NCBI GenBank assembly: GCA_030149205.1
Contig: JASBSB010000003.1
Span: 30,001-62,000, forward strand
DNA length: 32,000 nucleotides
Direction of reading: 5' to 3'
Origin: Candidatus Heimdallarchaeota archaeon
GTDB lineage: Archaea; Asgardarchaeota; Heimdallarchaeia; Heimdallarchaeales; Kariarchaeaceae
The notes under the pieces are model-generated. The model was not told where the DNA came from. It worked only from the letters and a program-made list of their open reading frames with translations, and ran no database searches. Below are positions 1 to 8,527 of the stretch, one piece after another (position 1 is the stretch's first letter; every line of letters starts with the position of its first letter). The position numbers and the translations under genes are program-made.

Positions 1-1
1 C

Positions 2-799
2 TCTCAGGGTCTTTTAATAGGATTGATATTAATATTAATTTATTTTGGTATAAAAGTAAGTTTTGGATTAATTGATTTTTATGCTTCAAGAGAGAGACAA
101 AAGGTAGATATTGAATCAAGAAATCTTGTTGAGCTCTTTACATTAATTTCAAAAATGACAATTGTCACTTTAATCATTCTATGGGGATTGTCATTAGTAG
201 GAGTAAACATTACAGTCCTAATTACAAGTTTAGGAATATTCAGTGTTGCTATTGCCTTTGGTGCACAAAATATTATAGCAGACACAATATCTGCACTCCT
301 TATTCTAATTGACAAACCATTTCAAATTGGTGATTTTGTCTCAATTGGGAATGATTCCGGGACAGTAACAAAAATAGGAACGAGATCAACTAGATTACAA
401 ACGACCACTGGAAACATGTTAATTATCCCAAATAGAGATGTTTATTCATCCAGGATCAATAATTTTAGACGAATGGACAAGAGGAGAATAATTTACACAG
501 TAGGGTTATCTTATGATTCTGATGTTAAGAAACTTAAAATGGCTTTACCATTGGTTAAAGAAATAGTTGACAGCCATGAATCAGTTCAGTTTATCAGAGC
601 CTATTATGTTAATTTTGGTTCGTATACTTTTGATTTACAGTTAACTTATGATATTCTTACTGGTGATTATGAAACCTACTTAAGAGTTCAACAAGAGATA
701 TTTTTAGATATTCTTGAAAGATTCACAGAGGAAGATATAAACATGCCATATCCCATTCAAGAAGTAAGAATGGCACAATTGAGATCTGAATCTGTGTAA
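2..799 (+). CDS. mscS: Small-conductance mechanosensitive channel (MscS family), 5'-truncated by the window edge
   Basis: TM segments followed by SLGIFSVAIAFGAQNIIADTISALLILIDKPFQIGDFV and IGTRSTRLQT...LIIPN, the typical MscS TM3 and beta-domain signature. The frame is open from base 2, so the TTG at 23 is not the real start. Confidence 0.93.
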   Translation, partial: SQGLLIGLILILIYFGIKVSFGLIDFYASRERQKVDIESRNLVELFTLISKMTIVTLIILWGLSLVGVNITVLITSLGIFSVAIAFGAQNIIADTISALLILIDKPFQIGDFVSIGNDSGTVTKIGTRSTRLQTTTGNMLIIPNRDVYSSRINNFRRMDKRRIIYTVGLSYDSDVKKLKMALPLVKEIVDSHESVQFIRAYYVNFGSYTFDLQLTYDILTGDYETYLRVQQEIFLDILERFTEEDINMPYPIQEVRMAQLRSESV

Positions 800-835
800 T
801 TTTGTCTTTCAACTTGAACAATTTATGAAATCTTC

Positions 836-2083
836 TTAATTAAGGAATAATCTACCCTTCTTAACGACAATCATTCCACTTTTAACAACAGCATGATAAT
901 TACTCATATCTGATAAAACTGAGATGTTATTTAATGGATTTTTCTCTAGGATAACTAGGTCAGCGAGGTTCCCTTCCTTAATTGAACCAATTAATTTGTT
1001 ACCAATTAATTCTGAGGCAATCGATGTTGCTGATTGCAGAGCGCGAATCTCATTCATTCCTAAATCTTTGACATAAGAAATAATTTCTAGATGAGAGGTT
1101 CCATGCGGGTTCCCTGGAACCCCAGCATCAGTTCCACAGGCAATTTTAACGTTTTTCTGAACGGCTACTTTGTGATGTTCTATCATTGCGTTGTCAACTA
1201 AATTCGTCTTTTGCTGAATTTCTGGGGGTAATTGCTTCATTAATTCGGGTTTATCATTGAACTTTGAGGTTTGAGTTGGAACCAAAAAAATACCCTTTGT
1301 TTTCATCTCTTCTAAACTATCCTCACTCACAATACTCCCGTGTTCCACGCTGTCTACACCAGCATCAACAGCATGCTGAATTCCATTTGTGCTATGAGCA
1401 TGAGATGCAACTTTCATTCCTAACCTGTGTGCTTCTGTAACCATTTCTTCCAATTCCTCAGATTTCCAGAGTGTTCTTTCAAGTTGGGATTCTTGGCCGT
1501 GAAGAACACCTCCAGAGGTCATTGTTTTAATGAAGTCAGAGCCCTTGGTTTTTCTGTCTCTGACAGCTTCAATCACCCCATTTTTTCCTGCAAGGACTCG
1601 ACCTTCCTCTACAAACTTAGCTAGGTATCGTGGTCCAAAAAATTCTTGATTCCCCCATTGAGAAATAGGCTTTTGAGCAACATACAGATTTGGACCAACC
1701 AAAGTTCCATTATTTATTGAGTGCTTTAAAGGGGAACCCCAGTCAGCTCCTCCACAATCTCGTAATGTGGTGAATCCAGTTCTCAAATGGCGAAGAGAGT
1801 TATTATAGGCAACATAATATTCTGCCCCTTGTTTTTTCCGCATTAATTCTTTTGCCCAATCCACCTCAGATGAACTTTCAAGGTGAACATGACAATCAAT
1901 AAATCCAGGAAAAATGAATTTCTCAGATAAATCGATTTCTTTGTTTGTATCATTAAGATCTGTTGAATCACTATTTGAAATGTTTGTTATTTTTGTTCCC
2001 TCTATTGTTATATCCTTTCCTGGGACCATTTTACCTTGAATAGAATCAAAGAATGTTGCATTTTTTAGAACTAGATTTTCCAT
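836..2083 (-). CDS. Metal-dependent amidohydrolase (Xaa-Pro dipeptidase-like subfamily)
   Basis: N-terminal beta domain, then PGFIDCHVHL (HxH), GFTTLRDCGG, IKTMTSGGV (carboxylated Lys), ASHAHS, VEHG and GTDAG. The substrate cannot be determined. Confidence 0.9.
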   Translation of the reverse strand: MENLVLKNATFFDSIQGKMVPGKDITIEGTKITNISNSDSTDLNDTNKEIDLSEKFIFPGFIDCHVHLESSSEVDWAKELMRKKQGAEYYVAYNNSLRHLRTGFTTLRDCGGADWGSPLKHSINNGTLVGPNLYVAQKPISQWGNQEFFGPRYLAKFVEEGRVLAGKNGVIEAVRDRKTKGSDFIKTMTSGGVLHGQESQLERTLWKSEELEEMVTEAHRLGMKVASHAHSTNGIQHAVDAGVDSVEHGSIVSEDSLEEMKTKGIFLVPTQTSKFNDKPELMKQLPPEIQQKTNLVDNAMIEHHKVAVQKNVKIACGTDAGVPGNPHGTSHLEIISYVKDLGMNEIRALQSATSIASELIGNKLIGSIKEGNLADLVILEKNPLNNISVLSDMSNYHAVVKSGMIVVKKGRLFLN

Positions 2084-2103
2084 ATGAATTAGTTAATTTA
2101 GAG

Positions 2104-2109
2104 TTTAAA
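2104..2109 (-). promoter_or_regulatory. Probable TATA box (TTTAAA) of the amidohydrolase gene; leaderless spacing
   Basis: TTTAAA lies 21-26 nt upstream of the ATG at 2083, and there is no SD motif. Confidence 0.45.
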
Positions 2110-2146
2110 GATTTGTTGGGTAAGAAAATTTCAGGTGTCATTAATT

Positions 2147-2329
2147 TTATTTTTTTCTGTTGTCTGTTTTTTTAAAGGAAGATTCTTCAATAATAAAATT
2201 TTCAACAGCTTCTCTGACAAAGGCTGCTTTACTTTTGTATTGTTTGGTCTTAATCAATTGATTAATTTTTTCAGTCATTGCAAATGGGATTCTAAAAGTA
2301 ACAGGAGCAAGTTTATTATCCTTATTCAC
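2147..2329 (-). CDS. Ribbon-helix-helix (CopG/MetJ/Arc-like) DNA-binding protein
   Basis: PVTFRIP beta strand, helix FAMTEKINQLIK, then YKSKAAFVREAVENFI, the classic RHH pattern. 60 aa. Confidence 0.8.
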   Translation of the reverse strand: MNKDNKLAPVTFRIPFAMTEKINQLIKTKQYKSKAAFVREAVENFIIEESSFKKTDNRKK

Positions 2330-2377
2330 GTACTTTGGAATCTCTCTGACTAATAAAAGGATATGGAAATATGAGTG

Positions 2378-3808
2378 TTAATACGACAAGAAGACTTTTG
2401 ACTCATTTACAAATAATGACAGCATCTCATGTATCTCAGTAGTCATATTTAACACCCCATTTGTCAACGGATTTGCATCATTTTCTGAGAGAAGAAAGTT
2501 TATTTGAGCTGCAGTTGCCCTCAGTAACCCTTTCATCTGGGTAGCCTTGACTAGGGCATTCACTTCCAACGGGTAAATGGCTACAGATAACATAAATTCG
2601 TCATTGCCTGATCTAGTTCTTGAATTTTCAAGAGTGAATATTATATTAATAGATGCAAATTCATTATCTGCATGAATAAATGGGTCAAATTCGTTCACTC
2701 CAGTTGTATCCATTAAGTTCGGAATGATTTTAAGTTTCTCCAGCAATAAGTCATTCGAGGTAGGAGGTGCAGAAAAAACGAGCTTGGGTCCAATAATTTC
2801 ATCAAAGTAAGAGAGGATTACAAATACTTTCAAATCTTCATTCCCACCCATAAATATTTTAGGAGTTCTAGGGTCAAAATTTATCACTACTCGGTAAAGG
2901 TCTAACTTCTTGTGGTTTGTAGAATACATCTTTGCACTAGGCCAACTCACTTCGGAATTTTTCAAATAATTTGGCCCTGTTAGTGAAGGCCGTGTAGTAC
3001 TTGTCTTACTTAATAGCGAGGTAAGTTCTAATTGTTCCCAACTCGGAAAAACAAAATCTACTTGTTGAGAAACATCCCCAAAATTTCGAACAAAAGATTG
3101 AAAACTCTCTTTTAGTAATGATTTAAGAAGGTCAATTGGAATTTTTCTCTTAATTGAGTTTAGCGTGCGTACAAAGAGGGAATCCAGTTGTCTAAATACA
3201 ATTTTCTGCTTTTGCAGAGAATTTATTCCCTCATGAACTTTTATTTGTAAAACTTGATCACTTACTAAAAATCTATCAGGGTACTTTTTCTGTAAGTTGT
3301 TAAATTGACGAGTGACAATTTTTTCAATTTCTATTCTGTAGCTTGTTGCAGCATAGCTTATGACAATTTGATAAAAAACCGAATAAAGGAAAGGAACAAT
3401 TAATAACTTTGATTCACTGTACTTCAATTGTGAAGCTAAAAATCTTGATAAAACAAACCCCAGATCATTTCTGGTAAAGGGTTTATACAAGACATCCTTT
3501 GCCCCATTTCTGAGAAGATAATCCACCTCTATTTTGTTTTGTAGATCTGATAAAACCACCACATAAACATCATTGTTTATAGATAACAGACCCTTGAGAA
3601 CATCTAGTGATTTCATATCTGGTAAAGTGGTATCTAGAAAAATTATTTTTGGATGTAGATTTCCGGATGCTCTGAATGAATCCTTTCCCTCAGCATTCGT
3701 ACCGATGACATTAAAACCGAGGAAACTCAATTCGTCCAGTAACAATTGACGAATATAGATCGAATCATCAATTATTAAGACTGTCTTCAGAATATCCATT
3801 AATTCCAC
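2378..3808 (-). CDS. Response-regulator receiver domain + helical middle region + C-terminal uDENN/longin-like (FLCN/NPRL2-type) domain
   Basis: Receiver motifs are intact: LIIDD, FLDTTLP (phospho-Asp), VVLS, YKPF. The C-terminus has VILSYFDEIIGPKLVF and FTLENSRTRSGNDEFMLSV. The start is GTG 3808 or ATG 3799. Confidence 0.8.
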   Translation of the reverse strand: MELMDILKTVLIIDDSIYIRQLLLDELSFLGFNVIGTNAEGKDSFRASGNLHPKIIFLDTTLPDMKSLDVLKGLLSINNDVYVVVLSDLQNKIEVDYLLRNGAKDVLYKPFTRNDLGFVLSRFLASQLKYSESKLLIVPFLYSVFYQIVISYAATSYRIEIEKIVTRQFNNLQKKYPDRFLVSDQVLQIKVHEGINSLQKQKIVFRQLDSLFVRTLNSIKRKIPIDLLKSLLKESFQSFVRNFGDVSQQVDFVFPSWEQLELTSLLSKTSTTRPSLTGPNYLKNSEVSWPSAKMYSTNHKKLDLYRVVINFDPRTPKIFMGGNEDLKVFVILSYFDEIIGPKLVFSAPPTSNDLLLEKLKIIPNLMDTTGVNEFDPFIHADNEFASINIIFTLENSRTRSGNDEFMLSVAIYPLEVNALVKATQMKGLLRATAAQINFLLSENDANPLTNGVLNMTTEIHEMLSLFVNESKVFLSY

Positions 3809-3875
3809 ATTTAGGTTAAACTCATAAGTATTTCAATTCTTATAATATTTTAGGTTATTTTTCCCCAAATATTAA

Positions 3876-5138
3876 TCAAGCTTGATTATTATACGTCCCT
3901 TCGTCAGCCAACAATTCACTAATTCTTAGTAACTGGTTGTATTTTGAGACTCTTTCAGTTCGAGCAGGTGCGCCTGTTTTTATCCTTTCTGCACCCCACC
4001 CTACAGCAAGATCTGCGATAAAGGTATCCTCAGTTTCTCCTGATCGGTGGGATATTACAACACCCCAGTCCTTTGACTTTGTGAGATCAAAGGCTTCTCT
4101 TGCCTCAGTGAGAGTTCCAATTTGATTGACCTTTAATAACAAATAGTTCATTGCATTTTTATCAATTGCTGTTTTAATTCTATCTACGTTTGTCACAGTA
4201 AGATCATCGGCGACGACTGCAATATTTTTAGGTAGCTTTGAGATGAGTTGAGAGAAGGAGGAGAAGTCATTTTCATCAAACGGGTCTTCAAGAGATATTA
4301 ATGCTGGATAGGTTTTTGTCAGGTCAACAAAATAGTCTACAAGTTCTCCTGAATCAAAATGCTTTTCGTCAAGGTGATATTTTCCATCTTTGTAAAATTC
4401 TGATGCTGCAGCATCTAGCCCAAAATAAAATTCTTTCTTTAGACTGTAACCTGCTTCATTCACAGCATGGGTCAATGCGTCTAAAGCGTCTGAAGCTAAA
4501 TCTATTGGTGGTGCAAATCCCCCTTCATCACCTACATTAGTCGCAGTTCCCCCATATTTTTTCTTCAGGTAGACTTTCAATGTGTGGTAGACCTCAGAGG
4601 CAGCACGAATGGCTTCAGGGAAAGTGTCGAACCCTAAGGGTAAAATCATGAATTCTTGTATTGCAAGCTTTCCCCCTGCATGTTTACCACCGTTAATTAC
4701 GTTTAACATAGGTGTTGGAATTCTTTTACCAGAACCAAGATATTGAAATAAAGGAATATTTTTTTGATTTGCTACAGCCTTAGCGCTAGCAATACTGACT
4801 CCTAAAATTGCATTTGCCCCTAAATTAGCTTTGTTTGGGGTTCCATCAAGTTCTATCATTAACTTGTCTAATCCCTCTTGGTGAGATGCATCGAATCCTA
4901 TTACTTTGGGGCCAATAATTTCTTTAATATTTTTAACTGCATTTAATACCCCTTTACCGAGATATCTTTTACCTCCATCTCTTAGTTCAACAGCCTCATA
5001 TTTTCCTGTTGATGCACCTGAAGGGACAGTAAATCTTCCGGTTGAATGAGAGGTGGAAACTTCACATTCTACAGTTGGATTTCCTCGAGAATCTAAAACC
5101 TCTCTTGCATGAACTTTCTTGATTTCAAATTCATTCAT
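3876..5138 (-). CDS. eno: Enolase (phosphopyruvate hydratase)
   Basis: AREVLDSRGNPTVE, VPSGASTG, GGKH, QEFMI, GDEGG, DAAASEF, EDP, LLKVNQIG, SHRSGETED and KTGAPARTER; catalytic and Mg-binding residues are present. Confidence 0.99.
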   Translation of the reverse strand: MNEFEIKKVHAREVLDSRGNPTVECEVSTSHSTGRFTVPSGASTGKYEAVELRDGGKRYLGKGVLNAVKNIKEIIGPKVIGFDASHQEGLDKLMIELDGTPNKANLGANAILGVSIASAKAVANQKNIPLFQYLGSGKRIPTPMLNVINGGKHAGGKLAIQEFMILPLGFDTFPEAIRAASEVYHTLKVYLKKKYGGTATNVGDEGGFAPPIDLASDALDALTHAVNEAGYSLKKEFYFGLDAAASEFYKDGKYHLDEKHFDSGELVDYFVDLTKTYPALISLEDPFDENDFSSFSQLISKLPKNIAVVADDLTVTNVDRIKTAIDKNAMNYLLLKVNQIGTLTEAREAFDLTKSKDWGVVISHRSGETEDTFIADLAVGWGAERIKTGAPARTERVSKYNQLLRISELLADEGTYNNQA

Positions 5139-5212
5139 GGTTGTTAAATAAATCAGTTTTATTAATGCTATGGGATATTTCTCAAGATCAATATTTCATT
5201 TTTATGTGAAAA

Positions 5213-6343
5213 TTAGACAACCCAATCTTTAATTTGGTTTTGAGAAAGGTTAGCTAATTCAGATAGCTTTTGTGCATGATCTGTAATTTCTTGTAAGGAT
5301 GCCGCTTGTTCTTCTGCAGCGGCTGCTGCTTCTTGAGATGAGGCAGCTGTATTCTCTGCGACCCCAGCAATACTGTTGACTGCATTTACTATGTTTTGTA
5401 CTGCACCCCTGATGTTTGAATTAATATTATTGGTTATCTCAGATATAGAAACAGCTGCACCTTTAGATTCTTTTGAAAGTTTTCTAACCTGTTCAGCGAC
5501 AACTTGAAATCCTTGTCCAGCAGCACCTGCACGAGCAGCCTCAATTGCTGCATTTAAAGCAATTAAATTCGTTTGCTCGGCTATGTCTAGGGTTATGTTT
5601 GAGGTTGTAGAAATCTGTCTGATAGAGTCCTCTACAATGAAAACCATCTCAGATAAGATCTTTGAAATTTCATCGATCTGACGAACTTGTTCAGCAGCAC
5701 CTTCTGCTATTGTCTGGATTGTTCCAGTTACCTCCTCTGTGGTTGCTGCAACCTCTTCACTTCCTGATGCAAGTTCTTCTGCTGAATCAGCAACCTGCAT
5801 TGCAGATGATTTTATTGCCGCAATTACCGTTCTTACAGTATTTGCAAGCATTCTGTTAGCTTCAACCAACCTTCTCGCTTCCCCGCTACCCCTCGTCCTT
5901 CCTAATATTTCTACGGAAAGGTTCCTCTCAGCGAACTGTGTAGACTGTTCCGCAACTGCTTTTAAAGGTTTCACGACTCTTTGTTCTAATGTTATCGCTA
6001 AATAAAATGATACAATGAATATTACAGCGGTTATTAAAAATGCCAAATTAGTATTATTGATGGTATAATTTGTGGGTATTGATGTCGTCTGAGCACCCAA
6101 GGTTGTTAGCAGGTAGAAGAAAACTCCGAAGGCAATATATCCCCCAATCATTGCTACAGTGAATGCACGTCTTGAAATGTTAGATGTAAACCTCAAGCGA
6201 TCTATAAAGGGATTTATTAAAGGGAGCTTGAAATTGAAAACTGGTAAGATAATTAAAAACAAGACTAATAACACAGCTTCATAAATTATAATTTGGATCA
6301 GAAGATTCGTTACCGAAGTTACATCGAAGTAAATATAACCCAT
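5213..6343 (-). CDS. Methyl-accepting chemotaxis protein with about 3 TM helices, HAMP and a short signalling domain
   Basis: [36 protein letters not shown] hairpin tip; HAMP-like [20 protein letters not shown]; methylation-consensus segments [10 protein letters not shown] and [10 protein letters not shown]. Confidence 0.95.
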   Translation of the reverse strand: MGYIYFDVTSVTNLLIQIIIYEAVLLVLFLIILPVFNFKLPLINPFIDRLRFTSNISRRAFTVAMIGGYIAFGVFFYLLTTLGAQTTSIPTNYTINNTNLAFLITAVIFIVSFYLAITLEQRVVKPLKAVAEQSTQFAERNLSVEILGRTRGSGEARRLVEANRMLANTVRTVIAAIKSSAMQVADSAEELASGSEEVAATTEEVTGTIQTIAEGAAEQVRQIDEISKILSEMVFIVEDSIRQISTTSNITLDIAEQTNLIALNAAIEAARAGAAGQGFQVVAEQVRKLSKESKGAAVSISEITNNINSNIRGAVQNIVNAVNSIAGVAENTAASSQEAAAAAEEQAASLQEITDHAQKLSELANLSQNQIKDWVV

Positions 6344-6437
6344 ACTTCTACTCTATTTCTTGACTTTTTATCCCTTCCCAACAAAAATTATATTTGTTCT
6401 ATATTCATGAAAAAAATCTAAGCAATGAATTGAGAAG

Positions 6438-7469
6438 TTACGCATATGTAGAATTCATCAGAGTTTGTCTTATGGCTTCTTTCAAGAGAGGGATGTTCTC
6501 CCCTGTCTTAGAACTAACTTTTAAAAAGGCAAACTCTGAATCTGAGAATTTTAGTTGACTCTCTAAACCTGAGATGAGTCTTTGAATTGATGCTTCGGAA
6601 ACCTTCTGTTTTAAATCAGACTTAGTCCCCACGATAATGAAATCTATTCCCATCCCTTTATTTTTTAATAGCTCTTTTAGCCAATACTCTATTCTAAGAA
6701 AGGTTGAATTTTCTGACAGATCGAATACAATGACACCTAGAGAGGATTGAGAAAGAAAACTGGTTCGTAAGGGTATGTAGAAATCCTTACTACTAATATC
6801 AACTAATTGCCCAAAAATGTGGAAGTTATATCCCTCATATTCAATATCTTCAATATTTGCTCCAACTGTTGTTATGTAATCTTCTACAAAGTTTTTTTCG
6901 AGCAAAGCTCTCTTTAGGTTAGTTCTCCCAACTCCTGGCTCTCCTAAGAAAACAACCTTGGCTGGGTTATCCTTAGACCCTATTATTAGCTTCTTGCTTT
7001 TTGTGTCTTTCTTCTGAATTGGGAATTGTATAATTTCTTCTTTCTCTTCTTCTACTTTAGATTCAGAGTTTACCTCAACTCCAAATGTTGAATAACCCTC
7101 AGGAACAAACTTTTGTGGTGTTGGGATATTAAAAATTGTTGACTCTTCGGCTGCGGGATTTTTATGCATAAGACGAGCAGTGTCAGTTAATTTGTTAAAT
7201 TCCTGTTTCTTATTAAAGAAATAGTCGTGGATTAGTTCAGGACTAATAACAAAATTTGGTTCTTCAGGATTATCTTCACCTGTAGACTGAGACTGACTTT
7301 TTATCATCTTCTCAACTCTTTTCACTTCACTTTCATAATAAATTAATTCTTGCTTGTATTTTGCCTCTGAGATTACACCTGAGTTAACCTTGTTAAACCT
7401 TCCGCTAATCCATTCGAAAAGCTCTGCAAGGTAATCATCCCAGTCGGAAGAATCAATTTCTTTATCCAC
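6438..7469 (-). CDS. Rab-like small GTPase domain with an acidic N-terminal extension of about 170 aa; G1 and G3 are degenerate
   Basis: G1 GEPGVGRT, G2 YITTVGA, G3 LVDISSK, VIVFDLS...TFLRIEYWLKEL, G4 VGTKSD, G5 VSSKTGENI. GTG start. No C-terminal Cys. Confidence 0.88.
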   Translation of the reverse strand: MDKEIDSSDWDDYLAELFEWISGRFNKVNSGVISEAKYKQELIYYESEVKRVEKMIKSQSQSTGEDNPEEPNFVISPELIHDYFFNKKQEFNKLTDTARLMHKNPAAEESTIFNIPTPQKFVPEGYSTFGVEVNSESKVEEEKEEIIQFPIQKKDTKSKKLIIGSKDNPAKVVFLGEPGVGRTNLKRALLEKNFVEDYITTVGANIEDIEYEGYNFHIFGQLVDISSKDFYIPLRTSFLSQSSLGVIVFDLSENSTFLRIEYWLKELLKNKGMGIDFIIVGTKSDLKQKVSEASIQRLISGLESQLKFSDSEFAFLKVSSKTGENIPLLKEAIRQTLMNSTYA

Positions 7470-7489
7470 AGATTTTTATTGTTGAAGTA

Positions 7490-7505
7490 ATAAATAAGCT
7501 TTTTC
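7490..7505 (-). promoter_or_regulatory. BRE-TATA-like element (GAAAAAGCTTATTTAT) upstream of the GTPase gene
   Basis: A purine-rich run followed by TTATTTAT, 21-28 nt upstream of GTG 7469. Confidence 0.5.
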
Positions 7506-7535
7506 AACATATTTAACTATATTTTCTGTGTTCGT

Positions 7536-8291
7536 TCATTTCTCAGTCAAATATTCATGTTCGATTTTGGTTTTAATCTTGTAGAAAAGCATCAACATCT
7601 GGTTTTTGTTCTCAGTCGCGTAAATTATTTTCCCTGCAAGTATGTAATTCGTATCATAAATTCTTGATAAAACCAGTGATTCTTTAAATGAATGGTTTCC
7701 CTGAAAAAATACGTTTGATTCTCCAACCCAATCTTTTTCGAATGGTAGTTGAGAGCACAAGTTCATCAACAGTTCCATAGAATCCTCTTCTCCAAAAAAC
7801 TGATGTATCAAACCCCGCTCTAGGTGAATTAAAGATAAATTATTAAATTCGATCTCCTCAAAATTATCTAAGACGTGGACACTGGAAAGAACAGAGTTTG
7901 TGATTTGTAAAAATTCAGTGGAATTTGATAATATTAACTTAATTTGGTCTATAATTGAAGGAGAGGGGACATAACTAAATATTACTGTATCATCTAACCT
8001 ATCACCAATAAATAAAATTACCTTTTCCATAGTTTTTTTCGTATGGGCTATATTATCAAATTTATCTGTAAATGCAACGTAGGATAATCCTTTATGTCCA
8101 ATCACTAAGATACGTAATGCTCCAATTTCTGCCTTCTCAAACTCATAATCTCTATCTAAATTGTCGGTAAACATTATAAGAGCCCCAACCAGTCCGGTCA
8201 TAAGTGAGGAATCAACTGCTATAGAATCATCATCAAAAAGCTCAAAACCGATACCTGAGCCAGAGTCTAGCACCAAAAGCTTTTTTATCAA
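7536..8291 (-). CDS. Longin-domain protein, probably two tandem longin-like domains
   Basis: Domain 1 reads b1 KKLLVLD, b2 GIGFELF, a1 DSSLMTGLVGALIMF (D-x-x-L-x-x-G-x-x-x-A-L-x-x-F, as in small longins), three strands, then a2. The C-terminal half repeats a b-b-a-b-b-b-a pattern. TTG start. Confidence 0.7.
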   Translation of the reverse strand: MIKKLLVLDSGSGIGFELFDDDSIAVDSSLMTGLVGALIMFTDNLDRDYEFEKAEIGALRILVIGHKGLSYVAFTDKFDNIAHTKKTMEKVILFIGDRLDDTVIFSYVPSPSIIDQIKLILSNSTEFLQITNSVLSSVHVLDNFEEIEFNNLSLIHLERGLIHQFFGEEDSMELLMNLCSQLPFEKDWVGESNVFFQGNHSFKESLVLSRIYDTNYILAGKIIYATENKNQMLMLFYKIKTKIEHEYLTEK

Positions 8292-8306
8292 TGTTTATTC
8301 ATTTTT

Positions 8307-8323
8307 TTAGCTTATTAAGCTAA
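8307..8323. repeat. Perfect inverted repeat TTAGCTTA-t-TAAGCTAA overlapping the putative TATA box of the longin gene
   Basis: Read directly: 8-bp arms with a 1-nt spacer. TTAATAA on the minus strand lies 21-27 nt upstream of TTG 8291. Confidence 0.6.
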
Positions 8324-8404
8324 TTTGTTGGAGGCTCGATATTTTCCTTAGTTTATCTTTTGTAAATATTTATTTTTATATTATTTAGTGTTAAGATTAA
8401 TCTA

Positions 8405-8414
8405 TTAAGCTTAA
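8405..8414. repeat. 10-bp palindrome TTAAGCTTAA in the divergent intergenic region
   Basis: Read directly. It is centred at 8409.5, the midpoint of the 8292-8527 spacer. Confidence 0.5.
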
Positions 8415-8527
8415 AACTGAACACTTATGAATCCTACAATTTGTGAGCAAGTATTTCAAAAAAGCACAAATAGGTTCAACGCTAAATTGTAAAACTTTAT
8501 TTATTATGTTTCAATCAAAAATTAATA

